Virus record (IMG/VR): IMGVR_UViG_3300050343_000084
Location: 1-63,552 of that record
From: a virus
Taxonomy: Duplodnaviria > Caudoviricetes
Length of the DNA stretch: 63,552 nt
Reading direction: 5' to 3' (one strand)
Shown here: positions 19,781-29,243 of the stretch, one piece after another
Numbering within the stretch: the stretch's first letter is position 1
How the letters are laid out: each line of letters begins with the position of its first letter
Program-made: the position numbers and the translations under genes
The notes under the pieces: generated by a model
The model's database searches: none
What the model was told of the DNA's origin: nothing
The model's input: only the letters and a program-made list of their open reading frames with translations

Positions 19781-22588
19781 TTAATGTGCTTTTGCTTGAA
19801 TTATATACCATTCAGATCCGTCTGACCATACCGCAACACCTTCATAAGCTTTTGATATTTCAAAGTTTGCTGCGCCATCAATTGTATCACCGCTTCTTGC
19901 GGTTAATAAAACTTTATCGCCCGCGCCCGTACCAAACGTACCATCTGTAATAAATCTAATCATTCTATTTGTTGTTCCGCTTGCAGGTGGTAGCCTTAAT
20001 GTAAAATTACCATTTCCACCACTCCAAGATATTTTTCCCAGATCGCCAATATTAGATGCTGTTAACCAAAAGCTCTGCCCAGATACAGCGGTTATATTTG
20101 TTGGCGTTAATGTCGCGAGTGGAGCAGGTGGCAATCCTCCTGAACCCATTCTTATTCTTAAATCACTACCAGTGCGGTAAACTCCTCTTATTGGCACACC
20201 AGCACTAGCGGCGGCTGCATCATCTGCTAAATTCTTAATACCATCACCTATTATTATATAACTTGGAGTACTTGTGGAGGTAATTTTTTCGGTAATTTCA
20301 ATAGCATTGTATTCCTGCCCCAGCCCATCACCTGCTTGCCCTGCGGCAATTACAACAGAGGTTGGATAAGTTGTTTGACTTGGGAACGTATTATTAGTAC
20401 CTATAACAACACAAGCATCACCTGCTCCAACAAGGTTAGATTTTCTAGCATTGTCGGCGGCATTAAATCCTGATAAATGTCTACCGATTAATATATTGTG
20501 CTCCATGTCCCCATAGTTCGTACTATTAACCTGGTTATCCCTACCTACTAAAACGTTTCCTTCAGAACCAGTAAATACCACCTCGTTCCCTTGTCCAAAC
20601 ATAAAGTTAGGATCGTTACCGTTTGTATTATCAATATTAGTAAGACCTATTGCAATACCATTTGTAGTGCTTACATTGTTATTATAGCCAATTGCAACAG
20701 AGTTGTTCCCGCTCGCTATACTATCATAACCTAACGCAACCGATCTAAGCCCTGATGCGGTATTTGCTTGTCCAGCCGAAAAACTGTTATTACCTGTTAC
20801 TGTATTATTATTACCCAATGCTTGCGCTGCTGTTCCACTAACAGTATTATTTAATCCAACTGCAAAAGAATTTACAGCACCCGCTGTGGTTCCATTACCT
20901 AAAGCCACTGCTTGACTAGCACTTGCCGTTGTATTTAATCCTGAGGCTATAGAGTTTGCGCCGCTTGCAGTGGTTCCATTACCTATAGCAAAAGATTGAT
21001 TACCACTTGCTGTTACGCTACTACCCATCGCAACAGAGTTAATAGCCGTAGAAGACGCGCCTTTACCAAATATAAGAGCCGCACCGGGGTTTGAAGATCC
21101 GCCTGCGTTTTGTTTTATTTCAAACTTTCTTTCGCCATAGCCTGATTTTAGCAAAAACAGACTAGTTCCCCCAATAGCGGTATAATTGTTGTTGTCATAT
21201 CGCGCGTCAAAAGTAAATATACCTTGACTACCTGGAGTTGATTGCGGTCCGTTTTGGTAATCATAATTTTGGCTTGATGTTCTATATTCAACCACACCAG
21301 CGCTACAGTTTGCTTGAGATTCAGTCCCAAATACATCGCCTAGCCCAGTTCCGCCGCTGGGCGATCCAAATTGAGGATCAAACGCCATTTGAAATCTAGC
21401 GCCGTCAGCGTGCGTATCAGTAAACCCGCTAAGTCCCACATTTATACTCGATACGTAAAGGAATCTATTAGCGTACAGAGTGCTGCCTTGAGAAATTGTT
21501 GGAAAAAAGCCTTGTATACCTGGGTAATTTACAAAAGCATTAGAGCGAACCCATTCTGGATCACCCATATGTATTGTAGGTATTGTATTAAAAATACTAT
21601 TATCTGTTACTTGTGCAGATCCCATTTTTAATACTCTATCCAACATTACCGTGTTTTCTTGGTAATATTTTCTTCCTTGTACACCGCCATATGAGCCTTC
21701 ACCTAAAACTACATTAGTTGCGTTCGTTATTAATGATTCATTTAAAGCGTCAATACCTTCACCTATAAGTTTCTGGTTATATGGCGTTGCGTTGTTAGTA
21801 CCTATAACAACCTGTGGTGAATTAATTTCTACTAAAGAGCCAGCTGATGGGGATCCTTGTGATATTAAAGAATCTGTTAAGTTTTCTGTTTGGTCCCAAA
21901 GCGCTAACTTATAAGGAGTGCCGCTACCAGTTATAAAACCAGCCGCACTGATTGTTAGCGTTTGGTCTAGCATAGTTGTTGACACGTTAGCTCCACCAAT
22001 TATGTTTAGCGATTGCGTATCTAAATCTATTGTGCCTGTGCCTAAATCACCGGTAACAGTTAGATCGTCGTCTTCAGGATCAGCCCAGTATACTTTTCCA
22101 ATTCCATCTGTCGTAAGCTGTGAGCCAGCCGCCCCAATGTCATTGGGCAACTCCATAATATACGAAGCTGGCAGATCAGCATGCGCTGGAGCTTTGATTG
22201 TAATGCCTGTAGCGTTTAAGCTTGAGTTTAAAATAAGTTGTCCAGATTCTGCAACACCCTCTGTTAGTTTACCTTTTATTTTGGCTTCTTTATCAACTTG
22301 CAATTTTCCTGCAATTGTAATTAATGTGCCGTCAGGGTTTATATCTTGCGACATAATAGAACCTGTTATGCGTGTTGCATTCGAACCTAATGTATCTTGA
22401 GTATCTCTCAGTACTGGTATCGTAAAACTAACTGCATCCGGATCTATAAACTTATCAATGACATATTCTGCAATATCCCCTAGGAAAAAGTTTTTTGTTA
22501 CTAGCTCATTAGTATCTCCATCTGTGCCGATTATACGGTCAAGATCGGATATGTATATATCTTTTTGATAAGTAGGTATTCTAGCCAT
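19781..22588 (-). CDS. Tail fibre / receptor-binding protein with YadA-head-like beta-roll repeats
   Basis: About 14-aa repeats such as ASGNQSFAIGNGTT, ASGANSIASGLNTT and ASGNNSVAIGYNNN. Confidence 0.8.
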   Translation of the reverse strand: MARIPTYQKDIYISDLDRIIGTDGDTNELVTKNFFLGDIAEYVIDKFIDPDAVSFTIPVLRDTQDTLGSNATRITGSIMSQDINPDGTLITIAGKLQVDKEAKIKGKLTEGVAESGQLILNSSLNATGITIKAPAHADLPASYIMELPNDIGAAGSQLTTDGIGKVYWADPEDDDLTVTGDLGTGTIDLDTQSLNIIGGANVSTTMLDQTLTISAAGFITGSGTPYKLALWDQTENLTDSLISQGSPSAGSLVEINSPQVVIGTNNATPYNQKLIGEGIDALNESLITNATNVVLGEGSYGGVQGRKYYQENTVMLDRVLKMGSAQVTDNSIFNTIPTIHMGDPEWVRSNAFVNYPGIQGFFPTISQGSTLYANRFLYVSSINVGLSGFTDTHADGARFQMAFDPQFGSPSGGTGLGDVFGTESQANCSAGVVEYRTSSQNYDYQNGPQSTPGSQGIFTFDARYDNNNYTAIGGTSLFLLKSGYGERKFEIKQNAGGSSNPGAALIFGKGASSTAINSVAMGSSVTASGNQSFAIGNGTTASGANSIASGLNTTASASQAVALGNGTTAGAVNSFAVGLNNTVSGTAAQALGNNNTVTGNNSFSAGQANTASGLRSVALGYDSIASGNNSVAIGYNNNVSTTNGIAIGLTNIDNTNGNDPNFMFGQGNEVVFTGSEGNVLVGRDNQVNSTNYGDMEHNILIGRHLSGFNAADNARKSNLVGAGDACVVIGTNNTFPSQTTYPTSVVIAAGQAGDGLGQEYNAIEITEKITSTSTPSYIIIGDGIKNLADDAAAASAGVPIRGVYRTGSDLRIRMGSGGLPPAPLATLTPTNITAVSGQSFWLTASNIGDLGKISWSGGNGNFTLRLPPASGTTNRMIRFITDGTFGTGAGDKVLLTARSGDTIDGAANFEISKAYEGVAVWSDGSEWYIIQAKAH

Positions 22589-25500
22589 TGTTTTGTTTTA
22601 ATGTTTTTATCTCTTCTTTGAGTTCATTTATTTCGCTCACTAGCTCTTTAATAGCCGCAGTGTTTATCGATATAATATTATTATGCTCTAATGTTAAGTG
22701 CTCCCCTTCTTTTACAATAGTGGGTAGGACTTCCTGCATGTCTTGCGCTATAAACCCATATCTTGTTTCTAAGTCAATCCCGCGCATATCTGGTTTCCAA
22801 TTAAAAGAAACGGGCTCCAATTTCGAAACCGTGTCTAGTGCATTAGAAATTGGTGTAATGTTATCTTTTAAATTTTTATCTGAAAATGTTCGAGTAACAT
22901 TACTTGTTAATGTACCAAACACTTGCGCATTACCCCATACCTGAGCAACCGCATTTGCAGACCCGGGAACAACATCACCAAGAGCAACAAATCCTTTATT
23001 ACCTCTAACTTGTATACCATTTAAACCAATATTTGTTTTTCCGGATGCCCCTGTAAATAATACGTTACTAAAGGAATTAGTTAGGTCTTCGCCAGAGGAT
23101 AAGTAATTTTTGCCAGTAACATCTAGATAAGCCCAAGGGTATTGGTCCTCATTTAATCGGTAGCCAGTAGTTGTAGAATTAGCCGACCATACATATATAT
23201 CGGTAATTTCATAAAAATATTGGGCCGTTACCTTTATTTCACCGGGATCGGAAGCCGTACCCATATTAGGTCTACTAGAAGGCGGGCTGAAGGATCCGTC
23301 TATTTGCCCCGCTGACCAAGTGCCTGGCACGTCGCAAAACCAACCAAAAAATTGCTTAGTATTAGGGTCATTAGCACCAGGGGCTGGAGCTAAAATAGCG
23401 CCTGTTGCTTCATTTAAATTTTTTGTAATAGTACCCGTAGCTAATACTTTTTCTTCTGTTGCAACAATTGACGTTTGCTGGAACCCCCCTCCTGAGTCAG
23501 GGATAAACGTAAAAGTAAATTTAACTTTCAGCTCATAGTCAAAGCCGGCGACATCTGCTATGTTTGGTATCGAGCTAAAGTCTAAAGAGCCGCTTCCATC
23601 GTTAGTTTCGAAGTTTTCTTCACCACCGCCTAAGTCTCCATCTCCCCGGTTTGGCCCCGAGTTGCTATCTGCGCTTAGTGATCCCCAGCCGTAATCTTTA
23701 CCAAATTCTTCTTGCATTCCTATCACTATCCTAAAAGAATCGCCCTGTTGATTACTATTGCCAGGCCCCTCGCTGTAAGGTATAGAATAAGTGGCCGTGC
23801 CTCCAGTGTAAGCATCGTAAGCTATATTGTTTTGGACGTTAGTCCCTACTAAATTCCCTGTTATATCTGGAAAATAATACTTAACGTTTTTAACCCCGGA
23901 TTGAGCGGTTACCCCGCCTGATCTTGAAGTTAATCTAAAATTATTACTAGCGCTAGTTGTCCCAAAAGGACTCGCGAAGGTATTCGGTGAAAAAGAAAAG
24001 TTAGCACTAACAGCTGCACTAGGCGAAATTGCCGGCAGGTTTTCCGAAGACAACACGAGCTTTTCAGTTCCTACCTCTGTGTAGTTGCCGCTTGGATCCA
24101 AAACAATTTCTGATGATCCGTCTTTTAATGCACCGCTGCTGTCTACTGTCCAGCTACCAATTGATCCAGCTGAATGAGTACCTCCAAAGTTTGCGGATCC
24201 GTCTGCGTTAATGTAGAATTGTTCAGCATGTATAGAACTGTTATCTAGGTTTATACCCATGCCAGCCGTTGAGAATCCTGACAACGCAGAGTTAATCGGC
24301 ATTGCGAAATCCTCGCTAGCTATGATGCCTGTTGTTATGTTGCTACCATTTATAACAGTGTTAGCTGTTGTATTTTGGCCGCTTAATATATTAAGGAGTT
24401 GCACCTCTGTAATACCAGCTGTATTCCCAGTTACATAACCATTGTTTTGTAAATAAGAAGCAAGAGCTGCCTGGTCCAAAAACGCAGATGTATCTGGCAG
24501 ATCACTAGTTTGGGTGTAGTTGTTTTGGCTTAGGTATGTAGAAAGATCGTCAAAGTCAATACCCTGTCCTGTCGATGCGTTTGAGAATGTTACTTGCCCG
24601 TTTAATGATATAGTTCCGTCGGAGTTAACAACAAATGGAGATACCGTTCCGCCTGGAGTATCAATCTTAAATACATTAGCTAAGAAAGAAATTTCAGAAA
24701 GATTAGTAGTACCATCAGCCAAGAAGGTCATACCTGCAATTGCATTGCCGGCTGTTACATTTAAACCATAAGAAGCTGCTAGTTGCCCATCAACTTCAGC
24801 AATAGCCGATTGATTAGTGGAAACGCCAGCAGATAGTGTGGTATTGTTTTGTGTTACTGTAGCTGTAAGATCTGTAACGCTTTGAGCGCTCGCCAAGTTT
24901 TCAGTGGCAATAATATCTGTTAATTCAGTTGAAAACGCGGTCGATAAACCTGTTAGGTTTCCGTTTGCGTCGAAAGTGCCAATCTCAGCCTTTAGTTCAT
25001 TTAAATCTGTTACTTGCGCAAATGTGTCTGTTGCAATCGCTGAAGTAACTTGAGTAGCGAAAGCTGTCGACAACCCGGTTATATTCCCGTTGGCGTCGAA
25101 CGTTCCTATCGATGCTTGCAATTCTGTTAAATCCGTGGCCTCTGCATAGTCCGCTAAAACAGTTGTTAAATAGCTGGCGGTAATACCAGCGTTCGATGCT
25201 CCCGTTATTGCACCATCTACATATGACTCTAATGTAGCTTGTAAATTTGTTAAATCCTGCGCGGTAGCGCTATTTTGCGTAGCGGTTGTAATTAATTGGT
25301 TAGTTGCCGTAGTATCTGAGTAGCTTGTTAACTGACCGTCGGTGTAATTTTCTAATGTAGACTGTAAAGTCGTTAAATCTGACGCTGTAGCTAATGTATC
25401 GTCAGTGTATGCTGTTAAAACATTATTTGCAAAAGAACTTGAAAGTGTTAATAGGTTGCCGTCCGCATCAAATGTACCAAAATTAGCTTTAAGGTTACTA

Positions 25501-26144
25501 TATTCAGTTGAAGAAGCAAAAGTATCTGTTGCCGTTACTTCTACGCCTCGTACAGCTGCTGCAAAAGAGTCTGTTGTGAGTATGCCATCAGTGTAAGCTT
25601 GGTAACCCGCAGTTAAAGTGTCTTCTAATGTAGCAATTGAACCAGTTAAAGTAGAGGTTGTATTAGCTAATTGGTCAATTGTGGCGTATGTGTCTATTGT
25701 AAGGACACCATCTACTATTTGCTGGACTTGTGAAGATAAAGAATCAACCGTGGTGGCTGACGCAAAGCCCTCAGAGGCGATAGTTTCAGCAAAATTAGTG
25801 ATATTTGCTGTAGAAAGCGTCAATGTTCCATCAACATTTGTATTAAACACAGATTCTAGTGTTTCTGTACGTGTTACAACGGACTCAAATTCGGTCGTAA
25901 GGGTATTTACTATGTTTTGATAACTAGCTATGGCTGTAGTATTGCCATCTAAGCTCGTTGTGATGTCCAGAAGACTCTGATTTATGCCATCACCGTTACC
26001 ATTTACTGAAAAGTAATCAATAGCTAGGTCAACAATAGCTGCAATCGGTATATTTACCGTAGCTTTTTGATTTTCTACATCGGTCCCTACCAATGTATCT
26101 GATAATGTTACATTACCTTTTGTATATCTATGTATTCTAGCCAT
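22581..26144 (-). CDS. Tail fibre/spike with C-terminal intramolecular chaperone (Peptidase S74-like)
   Basis: SDKNLKDNI...LEPVSFNWK...GFIAQDMQEVLP plus terminal coiled coil; internal GTFDANGN repeats. Confidence 0.85.
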   Translation of the reverse strand: MARIHRYTKGNVTLSDTLVGTDVENQKATVNIPIAAIVDLAIDYFSVNGNGDGINQSLLDITTSLDGNTTAIASYQNIVNTLTTEFESVVTRTETLESVFNTNVDGTLTLSTANITNFAETIASEGFASATTVDSLSSQVQQIVDGVLTIDTYATIDQLANTTSTLTGSIATLEDTLTAGYQAYTDGILTTDSFAAAVRGVEVTATDTFASSTEYSNLKANFGTFDADGNLLTLSSSFANNVLTAYTDDTLATASDLTTLQSTLENYTDGQLTSYSDTTATNQLITTATQNSATAQDLTNLQATLESYVDGAITGASNAGITASYLTTVLADYAEATDLTELQASIGTFDANGNITGLSTAFATQVTSAIATDTFAQVTDLNELKAEIGTFDANGNLTGLSTAFSTELTDIIATENLASAQSVTDLTATVTQNNTTLSAGVSTNQSAIAEVDGQLAASYGLNVTAGNAIAGMTFLADGTTNLSEISFLANVFKIDTPGGTVSPFVVNSDGTISLNGQVTFSNASTGQGIDFDDLSTYLSQNNYTQTSDLPDTSAFLDQAALASYLQNNGYVTGNTAGITEVQLLNILSGQNTTANTVINGSNITTGIIASEDFAMPINSALSGFSTAGMGINLDNSSIHAEQFYINADGSANFGGTHSAGSIGSWTVDSSGALKDGSSEIVLDPSGNYTEVGTEKLVLSSENLPAISPSAAVSANFSFSPNTFASPFGTTSASNNFRLTSRSGGVTAQSGVKNVKYYFPDITGNLVGTNVQNNIAYDAYTGGTATYSIPYSEGPGNSNQQGDSFRIVIGMQEEFGKDYGWGSLSADSNSGPNRGDGDLGGGEENFETNDGSGSLDFSSIPNIADVAGFDYELKVKFTFTFIPDSGGGFQQTSIVATEEKVLATGTITKNLNEATGAILAPAPGANDPNTKQFFGWFCDVPGTWSAGQIDGSFSPPSSRPNMGTASDPGEIKVTAQYFYEITDIYVWSANSTTTGYRLNEDQYPWAYLDVTGKNYLSSGEDLTNSFSNVLFTGASGKTNIGLNGIQVRGNKGFVALGDVVPGSANAVAQVWGNAQVFGTLTSNVTRTFSDKNLKDNITPISNALDTVSKLEPVSFNWKPDMRGIDLETRYGFIAQDMQEVLPTIVKEGEHLTLEHNNIISINTAAIKELVSEINELKEEIKTLKQNNG

Positions 26145-26146
26145 GT

Positions 26147-26389
26147 TTAGTTTGTGTTGTAGTTGTTACCACTTTCTTTTTTAGTTCCCTCGCCCTCGTT
26201 TCCTCTATTGGAGGCTATTGGTACGCACTTTTGTCTCTTGTGATCGTAGTCATAACCGTCAGGGCAGGGCTTTTTCCTGCGCTCTCGCTGGGAATGTGCT
26301 TTTTTCCTTCTCCGATCAGGTGTCATAGCGTATGCTTTGTCCCGTGCACGCTTAGCTCTTCTTGCTGCCGGAGATAGTTTTTGTGTCAT
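26147..26389 (-). CDS. Small basic protein with a minimal HNH-like motif
   Basis: DYDHKRQKCVPIASNRG; first gene of the leftward arm. Confidence 0.5.
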   Translation of the reverse strand: MTQKLSPAARRAKRARDKAYAMTPDRRRKKAHSQRERRKKPCPDGYDYDHKRQKCVPIASNRGNEGEGTKKESGNNYNTN

Positions 26390-26395
26390 ACTGTG

Positions 26396-26424
26396 TATGA
26401 TTACGCTGTTTTCGGAGTACTTAA
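26396..26424 (-). promoter_or_regulatory. Class-2 promoter candidate TTAA-N16-GTAATCATA heading the leftward arm
   Basis: Minus strand TTAA GTACTCCGAAAACAGC GTAATCATA. Confidence 0.6.
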
Positions 26425-26470
26425 TGCGACAGTTGCCTGCTACTATTATATATAACTACCTAGTGTCACA
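26425..26470. repeat. Spaced inverted-repeat site, copy 1 (TGCGAC-N34-GTCACA, AT-rich core)
   Basis: Similar sites at 27755 and 35219. Confidence 0.65.
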
Positions 26471-26580
26471 TTATATTTAAAAAATAGTTAGATATAGGGA
26501 AGTAATGGGTTGCTACTATATATACACTGTACACCCACATAAGTAAAACCCGTTTCTTTTTGCCAGCCCCCATATCGTTT

Positions 26581-26688
26581 CCAGGTTTCAGGATCACGTT
26601 CCCAGGATCAGCTGCCAGGTCCCAGCAGGCACAGCTCGCAGGATCTCGGCCAGGATTCAGGCTTTCCCAGGATCAGGATACAGGATCC
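26581..26688 (+). repeat. Array of short CAGG(ATC) direct repeats
   Basis: 11 CAGG (7 as CAGGAT) counted by eye in about 108 bp, all on one strand; GC-rich relative to flanks. Confidence 0.75.
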
Positions 26689-26700
26689 ATGTATAGCATT

Positions 26701-26732
26701 TACATACCTAGTACGAATAGTATACGATAATA
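26701..26732 (+). promoter_or_regulatory. Class-1 early promoter motif, copy 1
   Basis: TACA TACCTAGT ACGA ATAGTATA CGATAATA. Confidence 0.75.
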
Positions 26733-26755
26733 TATATGAATAACAATTAGAAACT

Positions 26756-26890
26756 ATGATACACTTCAACGATATATATAACATGAAAGATGTTGTAAGC
26801 AACAGGATCTTCAAAGAAAACTGCAGCAGACTTACAGATGAACAGCTACTGGTTGTTAAGCAAGAGATGCAGGATCACGGCCTGGAATAG
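26756..26890 (+). CDS. Early micro-protein (44 aa)
   Basis: MIHFNDIYNMKDVVSNRIFKENCSRLTDEQLLVVKQEMQDHGLE; directly after motif copy 1. Confidence 0.65.
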   Translation: MIHFNDIYNMKDVVSNRIFKENCSRLTDEQLLVVKQEMQDHGLE

Positions 26891-26922
26891 CACAGACGTA
26901 ACACGAAACGTAAACGATAATA
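26891..26922 (+). promoter_or_regulatory. Class-1 early promoter motif, copy 2
   Basis: CACA GACGTAAC ACGA AACGTAAA CGATAATA. Confidence 0.75.
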
Positions 26923-26941
26923 TAAATGTAAAACGAATAAT

Positions 26942-27076
26942 ATGAAACGTAAATTCACACACAAAGTACTGATAGTTGTAACGTACACAGTAATAACTGG
27001 ACTGACAACTCTAGCTGTAACAGGGATCCTGTTCTCGATCTATCAACTGATAACTGATCCTTCATTCAGAGTCTAA
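26942..27076 (+). CDS. Early single-pass membrane micro-protein (44 aa)
   Basis: MKRKFTHKVLIVVTYTVITGLTTLAVTGILFSIYQLITDPSFRV. Confidence 0.65.
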   Translation: MKRKFTHKVLIVVTYTVITGLTTLAVTGILFSIYQLITDPSFRV

Positions 27077-27109
27077 TCAAATAATTAATAACCTTTAAAA
27101 TCTTAAACT

Positions 27110-27229
27110 ATGTCAAACTTTTCTTACACACTACTGAAAATAAGCTGGAGAGTATTCGATAAGCATTACACTCAGCTGACAGACGAACAGAAGTCTGAAG
27201 TCCTGGATATCTATTACGATTTCTACTAG
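27110..27229 (+). CDS. Early micro-protein (39 aa)
   Basis: MSNFSYTLLKISWRVFDKHYTQLTDEQKSEVLDIYYDFY; shares LTDEQ with the 26756 ORF. Confidence 0.65.
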   Translation: MSNFSYTLLKISWRVFDKHYTQLTDEQKSEVLDIYYDFY

Positions 27230-27238
27230 ACTTAAAAA

Positions 27239-27270
27239 TACAAACTGAATACGAATGGTATTCGATAATA
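27239..27270 (+). promoter_or_regulatory. Class-1 early promoter motif, copy 3
   Basis: TACA AACTGAAT ACGA ATGGTATT CGATAATA. Confidence 0.75.
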
Positions 27271-27304
27271 TAAATGTAAATAAATAATAATTAAAATAAT
27301 AAAT

Positions 27305-27619
27305 ATGTCAAATTCTAAATTAACTGAAGCAATTTCAAAACTATCTAAAGAAGAACTAAATGAAATCTTCCCACCGATCGAACGTAAAAACTTCGTAGTC
27401 CGTAAATCTTGGTACGGTAGAAACCAAATCATTACCTTTGTAAATAACAAAAATCAAAAGATTACTTACAATCACGATGAGGTTCTCAAAGTAATGTTAC
27501 CTAAACTAAACATTATGCCTTGCTGGATTAAAAGAGGTTATTGGTCTCAAAGTACCGATATGCCTTCGAATGTTCGAACTAATGTAATCGAAAGAATTGA
27601 ACTAGACGAAGTAAAGTAA
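27305..27619 (+). CDS. Early hypothetical protein
   Basis: 104-aa ORF after motif copy 3. Confidence 0.75.
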   Translation: MSNSKLTEAISKLSKEELNEIFPPIERKNFVVRKSWYGRNQIITFVNNKNQKITYNHDEVLKVMLPKLNIMPCWIKRGYWSQSTDMPSNVRTNVIERIELDEVK

Positions 27620-27754
27620 TCTAGTTCAAACCCTAACGGGACTGGCGCGTTGAGATGTGTGCATCACCAGTATAAATAACGTTGAACAGATCGCAGGTAT
27701 GCATCGTAACTGATGTGTATAGCAACCACCTATAACTTATTCAATCGATCGGTA

Positions 27755-27801
27755 TGCGACGATAGCTTCTTATTATATATACTTAACACCCTATTGTCAC
27801 A
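27755..27801. repeat. Spaced inverted-repeat site, copy 2 (TGCGAC-N35-GTCACA)
   Basis: TGCGACGATAG...CTATTGTCACA with AT-rich core. Confidence 0.65.
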
Positions 27802-27891
27802 CTATTTGGGTAAATAATTTTCTAGGTACTTAGAGGTAGAGTACAATACCTGTAATACTATTTTAACTAACAAACAAAGTGTATACTTTTT

Positions 27892-27923
27892 TACAAACTA
27901 AATACGAAGTATATTCGATAATA
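27892..27923 (+). promoter_or_regulatory. Class-1 early promoter motif, copy 4
   Basis: TACA AACTAAAT ACGA AGTATATT CGATAATA. Confidence 0.75.
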
Positions 27924-27948
27924 TATATGAATAAAAAATATAACTACT

Positions 27949-28083
27949 ATGCAATTTATACTTACTTGTGAAAACGGAAAACAAATAGATATGTCTACCG
28001 ATGTTTTACAGCAAATGGAGGGTCTTATAGAAAGACAAGAAATACTAGAAAGAATTAACTACTATAAAACCACTAACAAATGA
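27949..28083 (+). CDS. Early micro-protein (44 aa)
   Basis: MQFILTCENGKQIDMSTDVLQQMEGLIERQEILERINYYKTTNK. Confidence 0.6.
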   Translation: MQFILTCENGKQIDMSTDVLQQMEGLIERQEILERINYYKTTNK

Positions 28084-28214
28084 GAAATATTAAACTCACC
28101 GAAAACGATTGTACCTTTGTACACTATGTATTAAGAATGTACGCTAATCAAACTGAAGGTTTAGATAGCGAAGACAAATCAGAAATCTACGAAGTAGCGG
28201 CTAAATTTAAGTAA
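28080..28214 (+). CDS. Early micro-protein (44 aa)
   Basis: MRNIKLTENDCTFVHYVLRMYANQTEGLDSEDKSEIYEVAAKFK; ATGA overlap with the previous gene. Confidence 0.6.
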   Translation: MRNIKLTENDCTFVHYVLRMYANQTEGLDSEDKSEIYEVAAKFK

Positions 28215-28215
28215 T

Positions 28216-28386
28216 ATGGGATTTCACTGGAATGACGATACTATAGAGTACTTCAAGGAATTATACTCTAAAGACGAAAGTAACTACCGAGAACTATGGA
28301 ACTTCGTTAAAAACGATTGTGACCTTGAAGACGGCGAAACATATGAAATGTTAGCAAACGATTTAATAAACAAAATACAAAACTAA
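28216..28386 (+). CDS. Early acidic micro-protein (56 aa)
   Basis: MGFHWNDDTIEYFKELYSKDESNYRELWNFVKNDCDLEDGETYEMLANDLINKIQN. Confidence 0.6.
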   Translation: MGFHWNDDTIEYFKELYSKDESNYRELWNFVKNDCDLEDGETYEMLANDLINKIQN

Positions 28387-28407
28387 TACGATTACCTAAC
28401 GATAATA
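28376..28407 (+). promoter_or_regulatory. Class-1 early promoter motif, copy 5
   Basis: TACA AAACTAAT ACGA TTACCTAA CGATAATA. Confidence 0.75.
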
Positions 28408-28414
28408 TATAAGT

Positions 28415-28699
28415 ATGAAACTAATAGAAATAAATAATAACGGAACTACCACGTTCCTACTAAACGACGGACGTAAAATAAAATCCTATCAATCAGGTTA
28501 TATAAGAATTGATAGCAACCGACTCGACAGGTTATACCAAATAAACAAAGTGGTAAAAATTAAAGACGAGTATTGGACGGGCGTATGGCACGGCAGGGGT
28601 AGAATGGATGTAACTATCTATAACCACAAACGAGTACTAATACCTAACGAACTCGATCGACTTGAATATATTATTAACTGGGTAAAACGAAATGTATAA
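28415..28699 (+). CDS. Early hypothetical protein
   Basis: 94-aa ORF after motif copy 5. Confidence 0.65.
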   Translation: MKLIEINNNGTTTFLLNDGRKIKSYQSGYIRIDSNRLDRLYQINKVVKIKDEYWTGVWHGRGRMDVTIYNHKRVLIPNELDRLEYIINWVKRNV

Positions 28700-28947
28700 T
28701 GGAATTATGTGAAAATATTACCGTAAACGGTTGGAGCTTTGAGCTAGTAAGAAACGATATAGACGACGTGTTTTACCAATGTAGAGGCGAAGTAATGTAT
28801 GACGACGATCACGACGAAATGCCAGAACCAAGTCTTTGGCGAGCAGCGGAGAAGTTAGAAGAAATACTAACTAAAGACGGATTGAAAGTATATGCTGGCC
28901 ACAGTGAAAAAGGCTGGGTTGAAGTAACTATAAATACACAACTATGA
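28699..28947 (+). CDS. Early acidic hypothetical protein
   Basis: 82 aa; TAATG coupling to the previous gene. Confidence 0.65.
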   Translation: MELCENITVNGWSFELVRNDIDDVFYQCRGEVMYDDDHDEMPEPSLWRAAEKLEEILTKDGLKVYAGHSEKGWVEVTINTQL

Positions 28948-29195
28948 TGACTATGAAAGAAGCGTGTGAGTACGTTAAAAACTCAAGACTAGCGAAGAAT
29001 CGCAAACACCGACTTGAAGTAACAAAAGGTGACTATTGTAGTGGTTTAACGGCCAAAGAGTATAACCGTTGGCACGTTAGAGGTAAAGGTGCTGGCAATA
29101 AAGGTAGAACTCATTCACACACTAAACTGTGGGAAACACAAAGGTTCTCTAATAACATACACACTATGTACCACGATGGAACTTTTACAAACTAA
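28944..29195 (+). CDS. Early basic hypothetical protein
   Basis: 83 aa; ATGA coupling. Confidence 0.6.
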   Translation: MMTMKEACEYVKNSRLAKNRKHRLEVTKGDYCSGLTAKEYNRWHVRGKGAGNKGRTHSHTKLWETQRFSNNIHTMYHDGTFTN

Positions 29196-29217
29196 ACACG
29201 AATACAAATCGATAATA
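29186..29217 (+). promoter_or_regulatory. Class-1 early promoter motif, copy 6
   Basis: TACA AACTAAAC ACGA ATACAAAT CGATAATA. Confidence 0.75.
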
Positions 29218-29243
29218 TATACGAATCAAATAAATAATTTACT

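Noticed and set aside
26608-26814. Minus-strand 68-aa ORF over the CAGG array
   Set aside because: Likely a by-product of the repeat array; antisense to an early promoter motif and gene.
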